From NCBI GenBank assembly GCA_963729485.1, contig CAVSNV010000006.1:289687-353686 (forward strand): 64,000 nucleotides of DNA, read 5' to 3'. Both the position numbers and the translations under genes were made by a program. Positions 30,120 through 40,207 of this stretch are shown here, piece by piece (within the stretch, counting starts at the first letter, position 1; each line of letters opens with the position of its first letter). Under the pieces are notes generated by a model. It was given only the letters and a program-made list of their open reading frames with translations. It made no database searches and was not told the DNA's origin. Origin of the DNA: an uncultured Verrucomicrobiae bacterium. GTDB lineage: Bacteria > Verrucomicrobiota > Verrucomicrobiia > Verrucomicrobiales > Akkermansiaceae.

Positions 30120-32276
30120 TTAATACAAGTCAGAATCTTTGCCGGAATCTGACGATACGGGTTGCGCAGAAGCAGAATTTGATTGCTTCCCAATCGGCGG
30201 ACCAATTTGGGATTCGGCCGGCGCATAATAAGTGTAGTAGCTAGTGTAATACTGGTATTGGCTGTCACTGCGGACATCGACGTTGTTCAGGACGACTCCG
30301 ATCACATGACCGCCCACGTTTTCAACGGCCTGCTTGACCCGGAGAAGCATGTTTCGCGGAAGTTTGCGATGCTGCACCACAATCATCGTGAGGTCCACCT
30401 CACTTGCGAGAACCGAAGCGTCACTGACCCCCAGAATCGGAGGACTATCAACCAACACAAGGTCGAAACGCTGCTTTACGTCCTGAATCAGCTCAGACAT
30501 ACGGCGTGAGTTCAAAATACCCGCAGCATCCGCAGGAAGGATTCCGGAGGGCATGAAGTAGAGGTTATCCACCGGAGTCTGGAGGATCACGTCCTCAAGC
30601 ATCAGCTCGGTCGTTAGGAAGTTGGTAAGACCTACCGAGTTATTGATGTCGAAGAACGTGTGGAGGCGAGGCCTGCGAAGGTCGGCATCAATCATGAGCG
30701 TGGTGTAACCACCTTGGGCGCAGATGTAAGCGAGGTTGACTAGCGTGGTCGACTTTCCTTCTCCCGCGCCGCCGGAAACGACAGTGATCGCATTATCCTC
30801 GGGATTCTTACGGTTGAACTCGATGTTTGTTCGGAGGATCCGATAAGCTTCCGCATCCGGACTCATCCCATTCTGCTTGTGGAGAACACCCACATCTTTC
30901 GGAATAACAGCAAGAACAGGCACTTGGAGATAGCGCTCGACATCTTCAAGACTTTTCACCGAGGTATCGAGATACTCCAAGAAGAAGGCGATACCCACGC
31001 CAAAGATCAGGCCAACCACAGCTCCAACAACTAGGTTCAGGGTCACGTTCGGACTAACCGGGCTTTCGGAAATCACCGGATCATCGTGAACAACGATTGA
31101 TTCCGGGGTGATCTCGCCCGTGATTTCGAACGCGACGAGCTTGAGCTTCATCTGCTCTAGTAGTGCCTGCTCGGTCTCGAAATCGCGCTTAGCGTCCACA
31201 TAATCCTGTGTATCGATGTTACGCTCCATCGCGTCGATTTTGTCCTCATTCTTCTTGATCTCGACTTTGGAAAGGCGCTCTTTCGCGATTTCAAGGTTGC
31301 CTTGCAATCGAGTCCGCAAGTTGACGACCCCCTCGTCGAGATCTTCCTTCATCGACTCCAAAACCCGATTACTGGTGACAACGGATGGATGCCGATTGCC
31401 AAGACCACTCGCCTTCATCCCATCAATCTGGCGCTTCAATTCTTTGTATTGCGGATAGAGATTCTTGATGATGTTGTCGGGAAGATCCAGGCCTGCTGCG
31501 TAAATCAGCAGCTGCTCGCTTGTGTATTTCAGCAAACCTTGAATCTGGGTATCCAGTTGGATAATCTCAGACTGCTGTCTGTTGTATTCATTTTCAGAGT
31601 AAGCAGCTCTGGTGTCTTCAGCAAGTGGCGTACGCCCCATCCCTTGGTCGCCGTAATAGATGATATCCTTCGTCCTGCTGATTGTCGTAAGAATTTTGCG
31701 ACGCTCTTCGACCTTGTCTTCTTGCTCGCGGACAGCCTTTTTAAGTTCATTGATTCCTTTTTCCCTAATTCCGTCCTCAAGCTCGGTACGGTAGCTCTTG
31801 TAGGCTCGCGCAACCTCTGCGGTGATATCCCTGGCATCCTCCTTATTGGTGTGCCTAACGGTAATCGAGATCAAATCCGTTCCCCGAATGTTCTGGGTGT
31901 TGACGATACCCCGAAGAGTTCGGAGGACGGACTCTTTATCCATACCCCATTTGTTGACGAGATCCAAGGCATCCACAACGCGACCAAGGGAGTTCCGGCT
32001 TTTGATCTTTTCGAACTCGGTTCCGAAGAACTGAGGAGTCATTGCTGGCATCCCTCCTCCAATCATGGGCCCAAGGGGTTCGATGGAACGCTCTCTCGGC
32101 TTGACCTCGATGGTAGCGAAACTTTGATACTTCTTTGGCATCACGTAGGTGATGACCGAAGCTGTCATGAAGACGAGGAGCAGAGTGAGCAATATCACTC
32201 CATAGCGATTTTTCACGACCTGCCAGTAATCGACGGCGTGAAGCGACGCTTCGTTTTGTTGCATGGATGGATTCAT
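30120..32276 (-). CDS. wzc: Polysaccharide co-polymerase / BY-kinase (Wzc-like)
   Basis: Two TM segments, Walker A GEGKST, IDADLRRP, LVDSPP, Tyr cluster YQYYTSYYTYY. Confidence 0.9.
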   Translation of the reverse strand: MNPSMQQNEASLHAVDYWQVVKNRYGVILLTLLLVFMTASVITYVMPKKYQSFATIEVKPRERSIEPLGPMIGGGMPAMTPQFFGTEFEKIKSRNSLGRVVDALDLVNKWGMDKESVLRTLRGIVNTQNIRGTDLISITVRHTNKEDARDITAEVARAYKSYRTELEDGIREKGINELKKAVREQEDKVEERRKILTTISRTKDIIYYGDQGMGRTPLAEDTRAAYSENEYNRQQSEIIQLDTQIQGLLKYTSEQLLIYAAGLDLPDNIIKNLYPQYKELKRQIDGMKASGLGNRHPSVVTSNRVLESMKEDLDEGVVNLRTRLQGNLEIAKERLSKVEIKKNEDKIDAMERNIDTQDYVDAKRDFETEQALLEQMKLKLVAFEITGEITPESIVVHDDPVISESPVSPNVTLNLVVGAVVGLIFGVGIAFFLEYLDTSVKSLEDVERYLQVPVLAVIPKDVGVLHKQNGMSPDAEAYRILRTNIEFNRKNPEDNAITVVSGGAGEGKSTTLVNLAYICAQGGYTTLMIDADLRRPRLHTFFDINNSVGLTNFLTTELMLEDVILQTPVDNLYFMPSGILPADAAGILNSRRMSELIQDVKQRFDLVLVDSPPILGVSDASVLASEVDLTMIVVQHRKLPRNMLLRVKQAVENVGGHVIGVVLNNVDVRSDSQYQYYTSYYTYYAPAESQIGPPIGKQSNSASAQPVSSDSGKDSDLY

Positions 32277-32311
32277 AAGATTTGTCGGGAGTTTTAGAAG
32301 AAAAGTAGCTC

Positions 32312-32348
32312 AAAAAAAAACTCCCGCAATGCCAAACATTGCGGGAGT
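32312..32348 (-). terminator. Intrinsic terminator between the beta-barrel gene and wzc
   Basis: Perfect 12-bp stem ACTCCCGCAATG/CATTGCGGGAGT followed by a long T run on the minus strand. Confidence 0.8.
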
Positions 32349-32399
32349 CGAAATTATTCCGGACGAGACAGTCTCAGCATCGTCCCGAGTTTGAAAAGG

Positions 32400-33623
32400 T
32401 CAGAACTCCGCGTTCACACCAACCGAGATACGGTTGCGGTCGTAGTCACGTCCATTGATCGGAGCATCAGCATCAGAGTTGATGTAGGAATATGATACGC
32501 TTCCTGAGAAGGTGTCATTGAACTGGTAAGTTGCCCCGATGTAGGCGTTGACTAGATTCTCATCAGCATCCCTGACCGATGCGCCGTTACGAACAAGCTG
32601 ACCTTCCTCGTACGATGTGTTGATCAGATCTACTCCAGCGAACAAAGAAAGCACCGGAGAAAGCTGATACGCTCCAGAAACTCCGAGTCGAAGGGTAAGA
32701 CGGTTGTCATATTCAAAGAATCCACGAGCATTTCCGAAGACAGTATCGTAGTCTTCCGCTCCATAACGGAGGAAACTCCGAACACTGAATTGTTGGTTGA
32801 CCTGACTATTGAGGTTCAACTCAACGTATGGATTCGTGTTTGATTCGCCACCTTCAACGTCACGGAACTGGGCACCTACGTTGAGGATACCAATCGTGGT
32901 CGGACTGAAGCGATACTCCGCTCCAACCAGCGCATAGTGATTGGTGGAGTCGGAAGCCAGTCCATCGGCATCTGTCTGCGAGTAGCGATAAGTAGCAGTT
33001 ACAACGGTCTGCGGAGACACTTGGTATCTGAACTGATTGTAGAGAGTCCAAGTGAAGCGGTCGGCGTTAGCGACATCATCGTAGCTGAGTCCGTTGATCT
33101 GAAAACCTGAGTAGGTGGCGAAACGCTCGGTCCAACGATAACCAAGTGCGTTATCAGTCTGATAATAAAGATACTCACCAAGTTGACGAGTGGTAGCAAA
33201 TCCGTAGGAGTAGTCCGGCTCCAGCTCATAGGAGAGATAGCTGTTGCTGACCAAACGAAGACGCTCGTTGAAACGATGGGTGAGACTCACGCCGATTTTG
33301 GACTGCCCATAGGTATCGTCACCAAGACCCTGAGGCTCATCCAAATAGTAGATCACTCCAAGACGAGCGTAAACATCCCATGTCGTTTGCGGAGTGACAC
33401 TCACGAAGGAAAGCCCTACATAGGGATTCAAAGAAAATGTTTCGTCACCATCGAAAGCACCACCTGGCGACGTGTTGTCATCATAGATGGCAGTGAGCCC
33501 GACACTCCACCGGAGAGGCACGGTTTCTTCAGTATCGTTGGGGACGTAGTAGAGGCCTTTTCCGTATGCAGCGGAACAAGCGGCGACCGATAGTAGAGCG
33601 AGAGCAAATTTGGATTTCATCAA
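32400..33623 (-). CDS. Outer membrane beta-barrel protein (BBP2-like, EPS-associated)
   Basis: Signal peptide, amphipathic aromatic-rich strands, C-terminal YDRNRISVGVNAEF. Confidence 0.8.
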   Translation of the reverse strand: MMKSKFALALLSVAACSAAYGKGLYYVPNDTEETVPLRWSVGLTAIYDDNTSPGGAFDGDETFSLNPYVGLSFVSVTPQTTWDVYARLGVIYYLDEPQGLGDDTYGQSKIGVSLTHRFNERLRLVSNSYLSYELEPDYSYGFATTRQLGEYLYYQTDNALGYRWTERFATYSGFQINGLSYDDVANADRFTWTLYNQFRYQVSPQTVVTATYRYSQTDADGLASDSTNHYALVGAEYRFSPTTIGILNVGAQFRDVEGGESNTNPYVELNLNSQVNQQFSVRSFLRYGAEDYDTVFGNARGFFEYDNRLTLRLGVSGAYQLSPVLSLFAGVDLINTSYEEGQLVRNGASVRDADENLVNAYIGATYQFNDTFSGSVSYSYINSDADAPINGRDYDRNRISVGVNAEF

Positions 33624-33674
33624 TGTGTTGGGTGAAAGTAGGTTAGGAATTTTTAATCTTCTTTTTTGTCAGGC

Positions 33675-34205
33675 TCAGTTGTCTTCCGACTCCACTGATT
33701 GCGGATTAGGATTAGTCACAACTTCCGGCTTCTCGTTGACAGCACCCGGGAAGATATTGCCTGAAACTCCTCCACCCATCGGAAGGGAAGGATCAGCCAG
33801 CGTAAGGATATCCCCGCCGACAACATCTTGAATCGACGAAAAACCTGCGAATGCGGAACCTGCGGCGTTGATTTCAGCGAGCGCTCCAGGAGCAGCTACA
33901 TAGGCGGCATTAGCAATCGCATTGACCTGGCCAGGAGCCACTGTCGCAGCAACTTGAACGATTTGCCCTACGAGTGCGTTGCTCGCATTCGTCGCCTTGA
34001 TCGCAGCAGCCACGATCTCTCCCGCACACTCTTCGTTCTGACCGACCGCTGAGGAAACAATGCTGAGAACTTCTTCCTTATTGGCTGATGCCTGCTGACT
34101 GACCGATTGAGCGACCGCATCACAGTCGTTGTCGTTGTCTTGAGCATGAACTGAGCCCAAACCCAAAGTCAGGGCGGCGAGGATAATTCTGATCGGCGTT
34201 TTCAT
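33675..34205 (-). CDS. Secreted Ala-rich helical-repeat hypothetical protein
   Basis: Signal peptide, two Cys, repeated IV.AA...AP-like helices, Pro-rich tail. Confidence 0.65.
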   Translation of the reverse strand: MKTPIRIILAALTLGLGSVHAQDNDNDCDAVAQSVSQQASANKEEVLSIVSSAVGQNEECAGEIVAAAIKATNASNALVGQIVQVAATVAPGQVNAIANAAYVAAPGALAEINAAGSAFAGFSSIQDVVGGDILTLADPSLPMGGGVSGNIFPGAVNEKPEVVTNPNPQSVESEDN

Positions 34206-34243
34206 AATAGTTCTGGCTGGTTTGTTTTTTGAAGGAAAGCGAT

Positions 34244-34317
34244 TGGAGCGGGCAGCGGGAATCGAACCCGCATGTCTAACTTGGAAGGATAGCGCTTTAC
34301 CACTAAGCTATGCCCGC
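34244..34317 (-). tRNA. tRNA-Gly (TCC)
   Basis: GCGGGCATAGCTTAGTGGTAAAGCGCTATCCTTCCAAGTTAGACATGCGGGTTCGATTCCCGCTGCCCGCTCCA; cloverleaf with encoded CCA. Confidence 0.97.
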
Positions 34318-34500
34318 TTTGGAGTGAGGAACTTATGCCTGATTACCGAGGGGTCCCGCAAGCCTTTTTTCCAAATTTTGAGAATTTTTGTTGGGCGCGC
34401 GGGGAAAAAGCCGCCCTTTCGGAAATTTCAACGCCGTTTGATCGCAGGTTTCGTGAGCGATGTTCGTACAGACCGTTGCTATTGGGGTAGCGATTCGCAG

Positions 34501-35256
34501 CTAGAGGCCGCCAAGGCGTGGAAGAAACGCGCACTGAATTCCGAAGCGCCCTGCGATAATTTCACCCAAACGCCTGACTCCGAATGTCTCGGTGGCGTAG
34601 TGCCCCGCATAAAATACGTTCAACCCAGATTCCTCCGCCTCGATGAAACTCCAGTGCGGCCCTTCTCCCGTGACGAACGCATCCACCCCGAGACCAGCTA
34701 CTTTCTGGACTTGCGAACCGGCTCCACCGGTGATGACCGCCACCGAATCAATCTGGTCCACGCCCCCCGGACACAAAACGACTTCTCGACCAACTGCCTC
34801 GGCCACTCGCCTCGCAAGCCCATCACGGGTTCCTTGCCAGCTTCCTGAAACTCCCGTGGCCCAGCCACTCTCTACTAGCACTGGCGTAATTTCCTTTAAG
34901 CCTATTGCCTGCGCCAGCAAGACGTTATTGTCGAACCGTGGGTGCATATCCAGAGGGAGATGGGAGGAATAAATCGCTAGGTTTCCCCGGATCGCAGCAC
35001 GTATTTTCCGAAAATTCGCGCCGGTCAATGGTCTCGCGCCTTGCCAGAATAGCCCGTGATGAACCAGGAGCAGGGAATCGGGAACGCGGGACGCTTCCTC
35101 GATCACGGCGAGTGAAGCGTCAACTGCGGATATCACCTGCCCTATTTTTCCATCATTTTCGAGCTGAAGTCCGTTCACGGCTCCTTGAAAATCCTTTATT
35201 TGATTCGTCTTCAGTTCTTTTTCGAGAAACTCGACAATTTCAGGTAATTCGGCCAT
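34501..35256 (-). CDS. Nif3-like dinuclear metal centre protein
   Basis: NGLQLE, LLVHHGLFW, SHLPLDMHP, GHYATETFG. Confidence 0.9.
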   Translation of the reverse strand: MAELPEIVEFLEKELKTNQIKDFQGAVNGLQLENDGKIGQVISAVDASLAVIEEASRVPDSLLLVHHGLFWQGARPLTGANFRKIRAAIRGNLAIYSSHLPLDMHPRFDNNVLLAQAIGLKEITPVLVESGWATGVSGSWQGTRDGLARRVAEAVGREVVLCPGGVDQIDSVAVITGGAGSQVQKVAGLGVDAFVTGEGPHWSFIEAEESGLNVFYAGHYATETFGVRRLGEIIAGRFGIQCAFLPRLGGL

Positions 35257-35269
35257 AAAGGAAATGTAT

Positions 35270-36064
35270 TCATCTTTCGCTCCACATGACAACATCTGGT
35301 GAAACCGTCTCCGGCCTCCCCTCCATGAAGTCGTTGAGATCATCTGGCAATCGAGCTTCCCAAGCAACTTGATCGCCATGCCATTCCAGGCCCAGTCTGG
35401 TGGCGTGCAGAGCAAGCCTGGATAATGGCATGCATGCAGCCAGTTGGTCCGTCCATCCGTTTTCCATCCATTCCAGATAATCGCCACCATTTCCAGAGTA
35501 GAGCTTGTCGCCGGCGATCGGATGTCCGGCAGCCGCTAGATGTACCCGGATCTGGTGCATTCTTCCGGTCTTAGGCAAACATTTCATCAACGTGTACTTC
35601 TGGTCATCACGTTCGAACCGGTGAGCCACCCGGAACGAGGTTTCGCAGTACTTTCCAGAATCGTGGATCACCTGCCTGACCCAGATCGCGGACGTGCCGA
35701 TATCCGCCGCACGGCAGATCCTGGCATCACATTTCCACTCATCGAGTTGCGGCCAACCATGCACGATTGCGAGATATTCCTTGGTTGCCTCCCGCCGTTC
35801 AAAGATCATGCCCAACTCCCGGGCAGCCCGGGTGTGCTTTGCAACAAGCACCAGTCCGCTCGTTTCCCGATCCAGTCGGGTGATGATTCCAAGGCAGGCC
35901 CCGTTCTCGATCTCATAGGCACACAGTCGCTCCAAACCGCCGAGCAGCGTCGGTTCAGGCTTGTTGTTGGCTGGATGGACAATGAGTGGTGCGGGCTTGT
36001 CCACTACGATCCAATCTTCACACTCCGCTATCACCCGGAAGTCAGGAATCGCCATCAGGCTCAT
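35270..36064 (-). CDS. RluA-family pseudouridine synthase
   Basis: VVDKPAPLIVHP, RLDRETSG, TGRMHQIRVH, GDKLY. Confidence 0.9.
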   Translation of the reverse strand: MSLMAIPDFRVIAECEDWIVVDKPAPLIVHPANNKPEPTLLGGLERLCAYEIENGACLGIITRLDRETSGLVLVAKHTRAARELGMIFERREATKEYLAIVHGWPQLDEWKCDARICRAADIGTSAIWVRQVIHDSGKYCETSFRVAHRFERDDQKYTLMKCLPKTGRMHQIRVHLAAAGHPIAGDKLYSGNGGDYLEWMENGWTDQLAACMPLSRLALHATRLGLEWHGDQVAWEARLPDDLNDFMEGRPETVSPDVVMWSER

Positions 36065-36132
36065 GGTTCTGATTGAAAATAAATGGGGGACCTCACCCGA
36101 TATTTCAGGCAACGATTTTCAGGCAACGATTC

Positions 36133-36173
36133 AAAAAAAGCGCCGTTCGCCAGCATAAAGCAGGCGAACGGCG
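36133..36173 (-). terminator. Intrinsic terminator downstream of the small basic ORF
   Basis: CGCCGTTCGCC/GGCGAACGGCG stem followed by a T run on the minus strand. Confidence 0.75.
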
Positions 36174-36231
36174 TAGATCGAATAAGCGCTTGTCTCGATG
36201 CGCGGAAAGGTTGGAACTTCCCGCCACATGA

Positions 36232-36336
36232 TCAGGACTTGTAGCGGAGACGCTTCTTATGGCGGTTCTGCTTCATGCGCTTCTTGCGCTTGTGCTTGTT
36301 GATCTTCGTTTTACGGCGTTTCTTGATGGAGCCCAT
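36232..36336 (-). CDS. 34-aa basic protein, bS22/AURKAIP1-COX24 family
   Basis: MGSIKKRRKTKINKHKRKKRMKQNRHKKRLRYKS; below the ORF-track size cutoff. Confidence 0.85.
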   Translation of the reverse strand: MGSIKKRRKTKINKHKRKKRMKQNRHKKRLRYKS

Positions 36337-36370
36337 GGTTGTGTTCTTGGTTGGGGTTCAGTAAAAAGTT

Positions 36371-37246
36371 TCAGGGAACGAGTTTGTTGAGGGGATACTC
36401 GATGATCCCCTCCGCCCCCAGAGCTTTGAGGTCGGGGATCATGTCCCGCACTAGGATCTCGTCAATCACCGTTTCAACAGCAACCCAACCTTCCTCGGAA
36501 AGGTGGGAAACGGTAGGGCGTCGTAGGGACGGGAGAGTGTCGATCACTTTGTCCAGGTTCTCCGCAGGAAGGTTCATTTTCAGGCCTACTTTGTCGCGGG
36601 CGCAAAGTGCCGCTTGAAGAAGCATCGAGATGCGTTCCATCTTCTCACGCTTCCATTCGTCCGCTGCGGCTGCGGGACTGGAATAGAAATGAGGAAACGA
36701 TGTCAACAGAGTGTCGACGATACGGAGGCGGTTTGCCTTCAACGAGGAACCTGTTTCGGTCACATCCACGATCGCATCGACCAGATCCGGCACCTTCACT
36801 TCCGTAGCACCCCAGGAAAATTCGACTTCCGCCTTGATTCCGAGCTTGTCGAGATAGCGTTGTGTAATGCCCACGCCTTCGGTGGCGATTCGTTTGCCTT
36901 CCAGGTCCTGAGGAGTTTTGATCGGAGAGTTTTCAGGTACGACCAGCACCCAGCGAGTCGGGTTTACCGAGGCACGAGAATAGGGAAGTTCCGCGAAATC
37001 AATCAGATCCGGGCCACCTTCCGTCGCCCAATCAAGACCGGTGATGCCGCAGTCGATGAAACCTTGCGCCAGATAGCGTCCGATCTCTTGAGCGCGGATC
37101 AGATAGATATCCAGCTCCGGGTCGTTCGAAGTCGGACGAAGACCACGGGAGGAAACATAAATCTCATAGCCCGCCTTTTTGAACAACTCGACCGTAGGGT
37201 CTTGCAGACTGCCCTTGGGAATGGCGATTTTGAGTGAATTTGACAT
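36371..37246 (-). CDS. hisG: ATP phosphoribosyltransferase (long form)
   Basis: KIAIPKGSL, GITGLDW, GATEVK, AIVDVTETGSSLKAN. Confidence 0.95.
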   Translation of the reverse strand: MSNSLKIAIPKGSLQDPTVELFKKAGYEIYVSSRGLRPTSNDPELDIYLIRAQEIGRYLAQGFIDCGITGLDWATEGGPDLIDFAELPYSRASVNPTRWVLVVPENSPIKTPQDLEGKRIATEGVGITQRYLDKLGIKAEVEFSWGATEVKVPDLVDAIVDVTETGSSLKANRLRIVDTLLTSFPHFYSSPAAAADEWKREKMERISMLLQAALCARDKVGLKMNLPAENLDKVIDTLPSLRRPTVSHLSEEGWVAVETVIDEILVRDMIPDLKALGAEGIIEYPLNKLVP

Positions 37247-37329
37247 GCGGAAAAAGTGGTCGCGATCACGCGCGGGAGGCGCTTTGTAGTCGGGAAAAGC
37301 GAGGAATCAAGCCAAGTTTCGAAAAAAGA

Positions 37330-38880
37330 CTACTCTCCACCGAGATTTACCTTCAGCTCGAAGAGGTCGCGCCGTCTATCCATCAGGGGAGTGACTGAAC
37401 CTGCTTCGCGCGAGCGATAGAGATCCCGGATATCCAGATCCGTCACCAGCATTGTCTCGACGTTCGGATCTGCCTCCGCCTGGATGCCATCGCGTGCGAA
37501 CTCAAAGTCAGACGGAGTGTATACGGCTGCCCTTCCGTAGTGGATATCCATCGCAGGAACATCCGGAAGATTCCCGACGACACCACTGGTTACCACGTAG
37601 ATCTGGTTCTCGATGGCACGTGCCGCCGCACATTTCGTCACACGGAGATAGCCTTGACGGTTGTCGGTGCAGTAGGGGACGAAGAGTATTTCCACCCCCT
37701 GCTCGGCCAGGTATCTCGCCGCCTCTGGAAATTCGACATCGTAGCAAATCAGAATTCCGACTTTTGCTTTCGGAGTCTGGATAACCAGCAACTGGTTTCC
37801 GCCGGTGATACCCCACCATGTCGTCTCTGACGGAGTGATGTGCAATTTCGGCTGTGAGACGAAAGATCCGTCCGGTCGGAAAAGCATCGCCTCGTTTTGC
37901 AAGCGCCCGTCCGGTTGTAGCACCGGATGCGATCCCGCGATAATAAACAGGCCCTGTTCCCGCGCCAGCAATGACATCAGCTCGGTGAATTTCGGAGTCA
38001 GTTCCGCCAGTTTCCTGATCCCGTCCCGTGAGGAATACGGCTCCATCGCCGAGAGCAGCTGAACCGAGAAAAACTCGGGGAAAAGCACATAGTCGACCCC
38101 GTAGTCCTCACCTGCCGTTTCCACGAAATATCGCACTTGAGCAGCGAATTCATCAAAATCCGCGATCCGTCGCATCTGGTATTGCACGCAGGCCACCCTC
38201 ACTTTCCTGTCCTCGCCGTCATTGCGTTGGTAGTCCGGGTTCAACCACTCGATCAGCGTCGCGTAGTTCATACTGCGCGGATCACGGATGTAATTTGGCA
38301 TCACGTCCCGCACCACGAAGCCCTCTTTCAGCTGAAAGCCCATTACGATATCTCTCACCAACCCGTCTTGCACCGCGTGCACATACTCTTCGGGAGTATA
38401 TTGGTCCTTGTAGTTCTCGTAATTCCACAAGCGACCTCCCGCTAGGATTCGACGCAGATTCAGCCGCCTGCAAAGATCCCGGCGAATCTCATAAAGCACC
38501 GCACCTATCCCCTGCCCCCGCTCATTCGCATCGACATAAATTTCCGCACCATAGAGCGTATCGCCTTCCGGATCGTGGTTGAAGAAATACCCGTCATCGG
38601 TGATGCCGTAGTAGGAGTGATGTCGCAACGGGTCACGCCCCAGCGACACCACCAGACTCGATGACACACCCACGATCTTCCCGGCCTTCGTGATCACCAC
38701 CTGTCCGTCCTCAAACATCTGCAAGTGGCTTTCCAGCTGATCCTCACGCCAAGCTCCGTCTTCCTCCAGCGTCGAGGGGAAACAAGTCTTGTGGAGCTCG
38801 ATCATCTCCTCGAAATCCTCTTCCTTCGGTGTCCGGGCCACGTACTCCACTCCTTTGATCTCGTATTCTCTTGGTTCCAT
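37330..38880 (-). CDS. GNAT acetyltransferase / carbon-nitrogen hydrolase fusion
   Basis: RGQGIG acetyl-CoA motif; nitrilase triad motifs LFPE, QPKLH, ICYDVEFPE. Confidence 0.9.
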   Translation of the reverse strand: MEPREYEIKGVEYVARTPKEEDFEEMIELHKTCFPSTLEEDGAWREDQLESHLQMFEDGQVVITKAGKIVGVSSSLVVSLGRDPLRHHSYYGITDDGYFFNHDPEGDTLYGAEIYVDANERGQGIGAVLYEIRRDLCRRLNLRRILAGGRLWNYENYKDQYTPEEYVHAVQDGLVRDIVMGFQLKEGFVVRDVMPNYIRDPRSMNYATLIEWLNPDYQRNDGEDRKVRVACVQYQMRRIADFDEFAAQVRYFVETAGEDYGVDYVLFPEFFSVQLLSAMEPYSSRDGIRKLAELTPKFTELMSLLAREQGLFIIAGSHPVLQPDGRLQNEAMLFRPDGSFVSQPKLHITPSETTWWGITGGNQLLVIQTPKAKVGILICYDVEFPEAARYLAEQGVEILFVPYCTDNRQGYLRVTKCAAARAIENQIYVVTSGVVGNLPDVPAMDIHYGRAAVYTPSDFEFARDGIQAEADPNVETMLVTDLDIRDLYRSREAGSVTPLMDRRRDLFELKVNLGGE

Positions 38881-39064
38881 TCGCCGTGAGACTCCCTCAT
38901 GTTCACGAGGTTTGCAACTCCGGGAAATGCGCTCCATCCTCATCTGATTCCGTTTTATCCGGACACCTCCGCCCACGATCTGGCCCGAGCTTGTGAAAAA
39001 TTTCACAATCGGCTTGAGGGAAGGCCGGTGTGCCACCATCTTCCGGGCGAAACCGGCCCTGCCA

Positions 39065-39601
39065 ATGCAAACGCTCGAAACCACCTCCGCCCACGCCGCC
39101 TACGATTCCAAGATCGAAGGCAACATCATCTTCACGCGGGTCGATGCCGCGATCAACTGGATGCGGAAAAACTCCCTTTGGCCGATGCCCATGGGACTTG
39201 CATGCTGCGCGATCGAGCTGATGGCAACTGCCTCCGCGCGCTTCGATATCTCCCGTTTCGGTATGGAAGTGATGCGTTTCTCACCACGCCAGGCAGACGT
39301 CATGATCGTCGCCGGCACCGTCACCTACAAAATGGCGCTCGCCGTGAAACGCGTCTGGGACCAGATGCCGGAACCGAAATGGTGCATCGCCATGGGCGCG
39401 TGCGCCTCTTCCGGAGGAATGTACCGCTCCTACGCCGTGCTTCAGGGAATCGACCAACTCATCCCGGTGGATGTCTACATCTCCGGTTGCCCTCCCCGTC
39501 CGGAGGCTCTGATCGAAGGCCTGATGAAGCTTCAGGAAAAAATCGAACTTGAGAATTCCTCCGGCGATCAAAAGAAAACGTTCTTTGAGGAGAACGCCTG
39601 A
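39065..39601 (+). CDS. nuoB: NADH-quinone oxidoreductase subunit B
   Basis: [29 protein letters not shown]. Confidence 0.97.
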   Translation: MQTLETTSAHAAYDSKIEGNIIFTRVDAAINWMRKNSLWPMPMGLACCAIELMATASARFDISRFGMEVMRFSPRQADVMIVAGTVTYKMALAVKRVWDQMPEPKWCIAMGACASSGGMYRSYAVLQGIDQLIPVDVYISGCPPRPEALIEGLMKLQEKIELENSSGDQKKTFFEENA

Positions 39602-39631
39602 ATTTCAAACTCCAAACTCCAAATAAGAGGC

Positions 39632-40207
39632 ATGTCCGCTGTTGTTGAAAACGATCTTCCCGCCCTCCGCGATGCAATTGCCGAAGGAATTCTCTCCGAA
39701 GCTGAGTTCCGTGGGGAAAACACTCTGAACCTTTCGCTCGAAGCGCTGCCAAAAGCACTTGCGCACTGCAAGGAAAAGCTCGGCTACGAGCTTTTGCTGG
39801 ACATCTCCTCGCTCGATCACTTCGGGGAAGATCCCCGCTTCGAGGTCGTTTACGAGCTGGCTTCGCTCGACGACAAGCGCCATCTGCGACTGAAGGCCAA
39901 GGTCTCCGAAGAGGAATCCGTTCCCACAGCCAGTCATTTATGGAAATCCGCCGACTGGCATGAGCGCGAAGTCTGGGACATGATGGGCATTCCTTTCACC
40001 GACCACCCGGATCTCAAGCGCATCCTCATGTGGGAAGGCTATCCCTACTTTCCTCTACGCAAGGATTTCCCGCTCGCCGGGCGTCCGACCGATATGCCGG
40101 ATGTCGCCTCCACCGGAGTCGCCCCAATGGAGGGAGGACCTTTCGTGACCGCACCCGGTGCTGACACCATCGCCAAGCGCGAGCCGAGGGCGCGCCATCA
40201 GGAGTGA
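39632..40207 (+). CDS. nuoC: NADH-quinone oxidoreductase subunit C
   Basis: ADWHEREVWDMMGI, HPDLKRIL, PLRKDFP. Confidence 0.95.
   Translation: MSAVVENDLPALRDAIAEGILSEAEFRGENTLNLSLEALPKALAHCKEKLGYELLLDISSLDHFGEDPRFEVVYELASLDDKRHLRLKAKVSEEESVPTASHLWKSADWHEREVWDMMGIPFTDHPDLKRILMWEGYPYFPLRKDFPLAGRPTDMPDVASTGVAPMEGGPFVTAPGADTIAKREPRARHQE

Noticed and set aside
34244-34317. tRNA-Gly as the integration site of an island
   Set aside because: No integrase and no duplicated tRNA 3' end noticed in the window
36104-36131. 14-bp tandem duplication TTCAGGCAACGATT
   Set aside because: Only two copies in a spacer, with no supporting context
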